A DNA stretch of 64,000 nt from Alloascoidea hylecoeti. Lineage: Eukaryota. Of the stretch, positions 60,126 through 64,000 are shown piece after piece (position 1 is the stretch's first letter; each line of letters starts with the position of its first letter). The notes below the pieces were generated by a model. That model saw only the letters and a program-made list of their open reading frames with translations. It did not search any database and was not told where the DNA came from. The stretch covers positions 1,434,294 through 1,498,293 of the forward strand of contig BCKZ01000002.1 of assembly GCA_001600815.1 (NCBI GenBank), given 5' to 3'. A program made the position numbers and the translations under genes.

Positions 60126-61422
60126 TGACGAAATCTTAAGTGCTTAAGTTCATCACGTCTTCATACCACAGATATACTTTTTCTAGTTTGACATAATAAT
60201 TAACCTTATTACATATTTACAATTGTATTATCACCTTACAATTGAAGTTTGTGCACTGATTTATAAAATATCTTGCAACGGCCCATGGTCAATTGCAAAC
60301 ATAATTCAATTCTAGGCTAATCGCTACAGACTATGCAAATATTTCTATTAAAAATAAATCTAAATTATTATAAATAAAAAATATCCTTATCTATTGCTAT
60401 AAAATTATTTTCCGGCGCTCAATAGGGTAAGAATACTACCTGTATAATAGTTGTATATTGATATTTATATATCGTTTGCGTAAGGTATACTACATTGGGA
60501 TATTATTTACTATGGCATGTCCTACCGCATACCTTTCCATTATAAAGTAATGGCTGAATATAATCAGTAGAGAGTCTAGAGACCCAAAATCGGGTGAAAT
60601 CATACCAAATTTCTGGAATTTAAAGTTTTTATATAGTTTTCCTAGGAAGATCTTTATAATTATTTTTAATTAGTTAGGACATTTTGAATAAAGATATTGG
60701 TATATCATGTTTTTGAGCTATGCAAGTGAAATATTTAATATACAACACGTTAACATCATCAAGGAAAATAACAAAGAAGAGTCGTCATAGTTGACATTAG
60801 AGAGAGTTCTTCATTTTTGATTAAGTTATTGATTATTGTGTTTTCAATCCTGCAGACATTCTTGATAGAGATTTTTTAATTTCATTTTCATTATAACATT
60901 CCGTGTACTTACTCATATATTGTATCAAGGTTTAGGTAAGCGAAAAAGAGGTAGAAGTAACCAATAATATCCAGGAAAAACACATCTTATAAGAGGATTT
61001 ACCTAAAAATGTAAATCTATCAAGCCTTTAAAAGAATCTTACTAAACATGGCTAGAGAAATTGAAAACATATGAGGTATCCAATGATGATTTTCGCATAT
61101 GCTCGAAAATCCCCTAAAAACTATTCGAAGTGAGATTCAGACTTCTAAGAGAGGAAATATACTAACTACACATAGTTCTCCGGGGATAAAAAAGAGATAT
61201 GTGTATCGGAAGTTCGGAGCTAGTGAGATCAATATGCTAAATCGTAGAAGAACGCTTACACCACAACAATATTTGCAACAAATATATCAAGCAAAGATTA
61301 TCAAAATTATAAGATTAAGTAGAATTTACTAATAGTATTTATGATAATTTATATTTGTTTCTGCTTCTTCGATTTATGATTCAAATGTGAAAATTTTAGG
61401 TGAGTCGGTAGCCTTTTTTGCA

Positions 61423-61660
61423 TACGGTCATTTCACTTAATTTCGGCCATATGGAGGACTAATGTTCGGCCACATGATAACCTGGTTGTAAATTTAAGTA
61501 GTCAAAGTTATATGTGTACACTAATGTTGGTCTACGTTAGACGAACAATCGGCCACGTGAATGATATGGCCAAATATTAATTTATCAACAGGCGCATATT
61601 TATTCATCAGAATTGCCAAACATTAGCGTTTAATATGGCCGCTTATTTAGTGCATAAAGT
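61423..61660. mobile_element. Candidate MITE-like element with imperfect terminal inverted repeats
   Basis: Left end TA+CGGTCATTTCACTTAATTTCGGCCAT-N12-TGTTCGGCCA; degenerate inverted copy at 61613-61652. Related ends occur elsewhere in the window. Confidence 0.5.
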
Positions 61661-62052
61661 GGCCCAATCATTACCGAGAACACTAATTGAAATGGCACAT
61701 ACTCTTATGATCATGAACTAAAAGGACTGTACTTGCAATATGCAATTGGTTTTAATTTTCAAGTCTTAATTGTAAATAATAAACGATATATGACTATAAA
61801 ATTTATATGATATATGATATATTTAGAGAATTATAACAATAAGTATGCATGTAAATGAAGTTAATAAAATGTTTTTTATATGTAGTAGATAAATAAGTAT
61901 TTAAAAACAATAAATCAATCATCTGGATTATCTTATCCTTCCTTTTTTTTTTAAAATCCACCATATACGATATGTATTGACTTCTGAAATTAATTATTTT
62001 AGTGATTTTTGCGGAACTTTTTATTCTTTCCAACTTTTTTTTAATACTAAAT

Positions 62053-64000
62053 TTATTCAAAAACCTCAAACGTGTCCAAAGGAATATTATCTGAAATTTC
62101 AACATTTGATTGATTTCTAATTTTACCATTCACTCTTTTTACAACATTATCATCATCTTCAAATGCACCAATACCACTAACAGAATCAAACTCACTAAAA
62201 CTACTAATCCCAGTATTTGTTCTTGAGTTTGCAGTCGAATGGGAACTCAATGAACCATTTGTACCTGTTCGTACAGGTGCATTTGGTACTGCAATGTTAG
62301 TTCTTTGCGATTCTTGAAGTTCTAGAACAATATCAGCTAATTTTTCTTTACCGATATCAATAGCAGTTCTAGCAGATTGTTCTGCAATTCGCATCATTGG
62401 ACCCCATAAATGTAAAGTATAGGTGATATAACCGCCAGCGCCGATTAGTATCAAAAAGGTAAAATATAAAGGATTACGTAAAACAGACATGAATTCATTC
62501 CAACCTAAGAAGACAATCAGTATATAGATCCAGTAAGGAATTTGTGAAATTGATTGAATTGTGGACCTCTTTGCTTCTATATAATTTGCATCTGATTGTT
62601 TTTTAAAGCTTGCTTTAATTTTTGAAATTTGATAATCAGTCACTATATGAGAGAATGATTTTTCTTCTTCTTCCTCTTCATCGTCTGATTCAATAGCAGC
62701 CTTCTTAGTATTTAATTCATTATCATCTTTAGCAAAAATATCAATAGTTGGTTCTAATTGATTACCATTCGATAATTTTGCAACTGACAAAATATCCAGA
62801 ACTTTTAATGCTTCATCTTTTGCTTTACAGAATGGAGTATCTAAATCATCATTTTGTTTCCAAATTCGTGGTAAACCTTCTTCATCATATCTAAATAAAT
62901 CTTCAAATTTATCCTTCATCAATGATAATATCGAATCTTCATTTAATGTTGTCCTTATAATATTATAAGATAATTTCCAAATCTGTTTTTGAATAGTTTC
63001 AATAGCCCGATCGGTTTCAACTGAATTTGCACCAACACCCAAATCATATTCTCCATCATCATTTAAGAATTTAGACAACAATCTTGTTAATGTTGTATTT
63101 ATGGATGCATTTACTTCATCCCAAGTTGCTGAAGATGGATTTGTTAAACTTCCTAAGATTTTATCCTTTAGCATTGATCTCACTGATTTAATTGATTTTG
63201 TAACAACCACTTCATTGATTTCCTTAACTCTTCTTTCATTTATATTATCTTCTAATAGTTTACTAAATTCTTGTAATTCTTCAATACAATTATAAACTTC
63301 ATCGTCAACGGATGCTTCATTTGCAGTAGATATGAAATAGTCTGAAGCTAAATGAGAAGCTTTAGTTAATCTATCCAGGAAACGAACACCTATATTTTCA
63401 ACAGAATCAATATGAGAATGAAATAAATCAATTGATGCTTTAATTAATAATGCCAACTGATTTTTATAAATTACTTTCAATTTATTATCAATTTTATTTA
63501 ATAACTCAGTTCTTTTATCATTATAAACTGATTTATTATAACGAGATGCTTCAATATCATAATCATTAAGAGCACCATCGCGTAAATTACGTAAAATATC
63601 ACCAAGATCTTGAATAATTAATGAATCTTTTGAATCCAATCCTTCATTTTTAAAATTAACTTCAAATTTACTAAAAGCATCATTTGAAATTTCATCACAT
63701 CTAAATCTTGCAACTAAAATTTGTTGGGTTGGTAAATCCAGATCTTTATTTAATTCGATTTGTTCCCAAACCTGTTCAGCATACATTCCCCAACCATCGA
63801 TTGGAACATTTCGATGATAATTTGGTTGGAAGACATAACCTTCATCTTCAACTTCAATAAATCTATCAGCTAATACATCAACAGAAGCATCAAATTCCTT
63901 AGGTTGTAAGATTTTATGGGGTAAAGTTTCAAATTGCAAGTCAAAAAAATCAGTTAATTGAACATTTTCAAGACCTTTTGGCTTATTTAATGTTTTCCAA
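62053..64000 (-). CDS. SEY1: Sey1/RHD3 ER-fusion GTPase, 3' part (runs off window)
   Basis: IELNKDLDLPTQQILVARFRCDEI, FRYDEEGLPRIW, YIEAKRS and IPYWIYILIVFLGWNEF..VLRNP. Confidence 0.94.
   Translation of the reverse strand, partial: WKTLNKPKGLENVQLTDFFDLQFETLPHKILQPKEFDASVDVLADRFIEVEDEGYVFQPNYHRNVPIDGWGMYAEQVWEQIELNKDLDLPTQQILVARFRCDEISNDAFSKFEVNFKNEGLDSKDSLIIQDLGDILRNLRDGALNDYDIEASRYNKSVYNDKRTELLNKIDNKLKVIYKNQLALLIKASIDLFHSHIDSVENIGVRFLDRLTKASHLASDYFISTANEASVDDEVYNCIEELQEFSKLLEDNINERRVKEINEVVVTKSIKSVRSMLKDKILGSLTNPSSATWDEVNASINTTLTRLLSKFLNDDGEYDLGVGANSVETDRAIETIQKQIWKLSYNIIRTTLNEDSILSLMKDKFEDLFRYDEEGLPRIWKQNDDLDTPFCKAKDEALKVLDILSVAKLSNGNQLEPTIDIFAKDDNELNTKKAAIESDDEEEEEEKSFSHIVTDYQISKIKASFKKQSDANYIEAKRSTIQSISQIPYWIYILIVFLGWNEFMSVLRNPLYFTFLILIGAGGYITYTLHLWGPMMRIAEQSARTAIDIGKEKLADIVLELQESQRTNIAVPNAPVRTGTNGSLSSHSTANSRTNTGISSFSEFDSVSGIGAFEDDDNVVKRVNGKIRNQSNVEISDNIPLDTFEVFE

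Noticed and set aside
60900..61332. Short ORF between two repeat copies as a possible transposase remnant
   Set aside because: No DDE or HTH motif is visible, and the two flanking repeat ends are in direct, not inverted, orientation.

Overview
Eukaryotic nuclear DNA from an AT-rich budding yeast (Saccharomycotina-like gene set). CTG codons fall at conserved Leu positions, so the standard code appears to apply. I can support about 28 protein-coding genes, several split by short introns that the ORF track misses (20 introns reconstructed by frame continuity). They are: a Vps75/NAP chaperone, NRD1, MRPL17, an MCH-type MFS transporter, a TOR kinase, YAE1, a pyruvate dehydrogenase kinase, UTP7, RPN2, a DeSI/PPPDE peptidase, SER3, an RBM5/10-like protein, a DUF3237 protein, NSA1-like, PRP21, a Pmp3/Sna protein, DLD2, two tandem orphan membrane proteins, an Acm1-like APC/C inhibitor, RPC34, ARG3, POP4, AIM22, EFM2, a Fur4/Dal4 permease and the 3' part of SEY1. 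There is also a decayed Ariadne/HEL1 RBR-ligase pseudogene. The most notable non-routine signals are: a dispersed MITE-like repeat family (4 copies); a tandem pair of internally duplicated orphan 4-TM genes; an Acm1-like gene behind a phased SCB array; a structured intron in MRPL17; an apparently enriched intergenic TTGCAATT motif; degenerate introns with no CAG acceptor; and an RBM5/10 homologue lacking a G-patch. No tRNA, rRNA, CRISPR array or intact transposase was found. All identifications come from recalled family motifs, not database searches.
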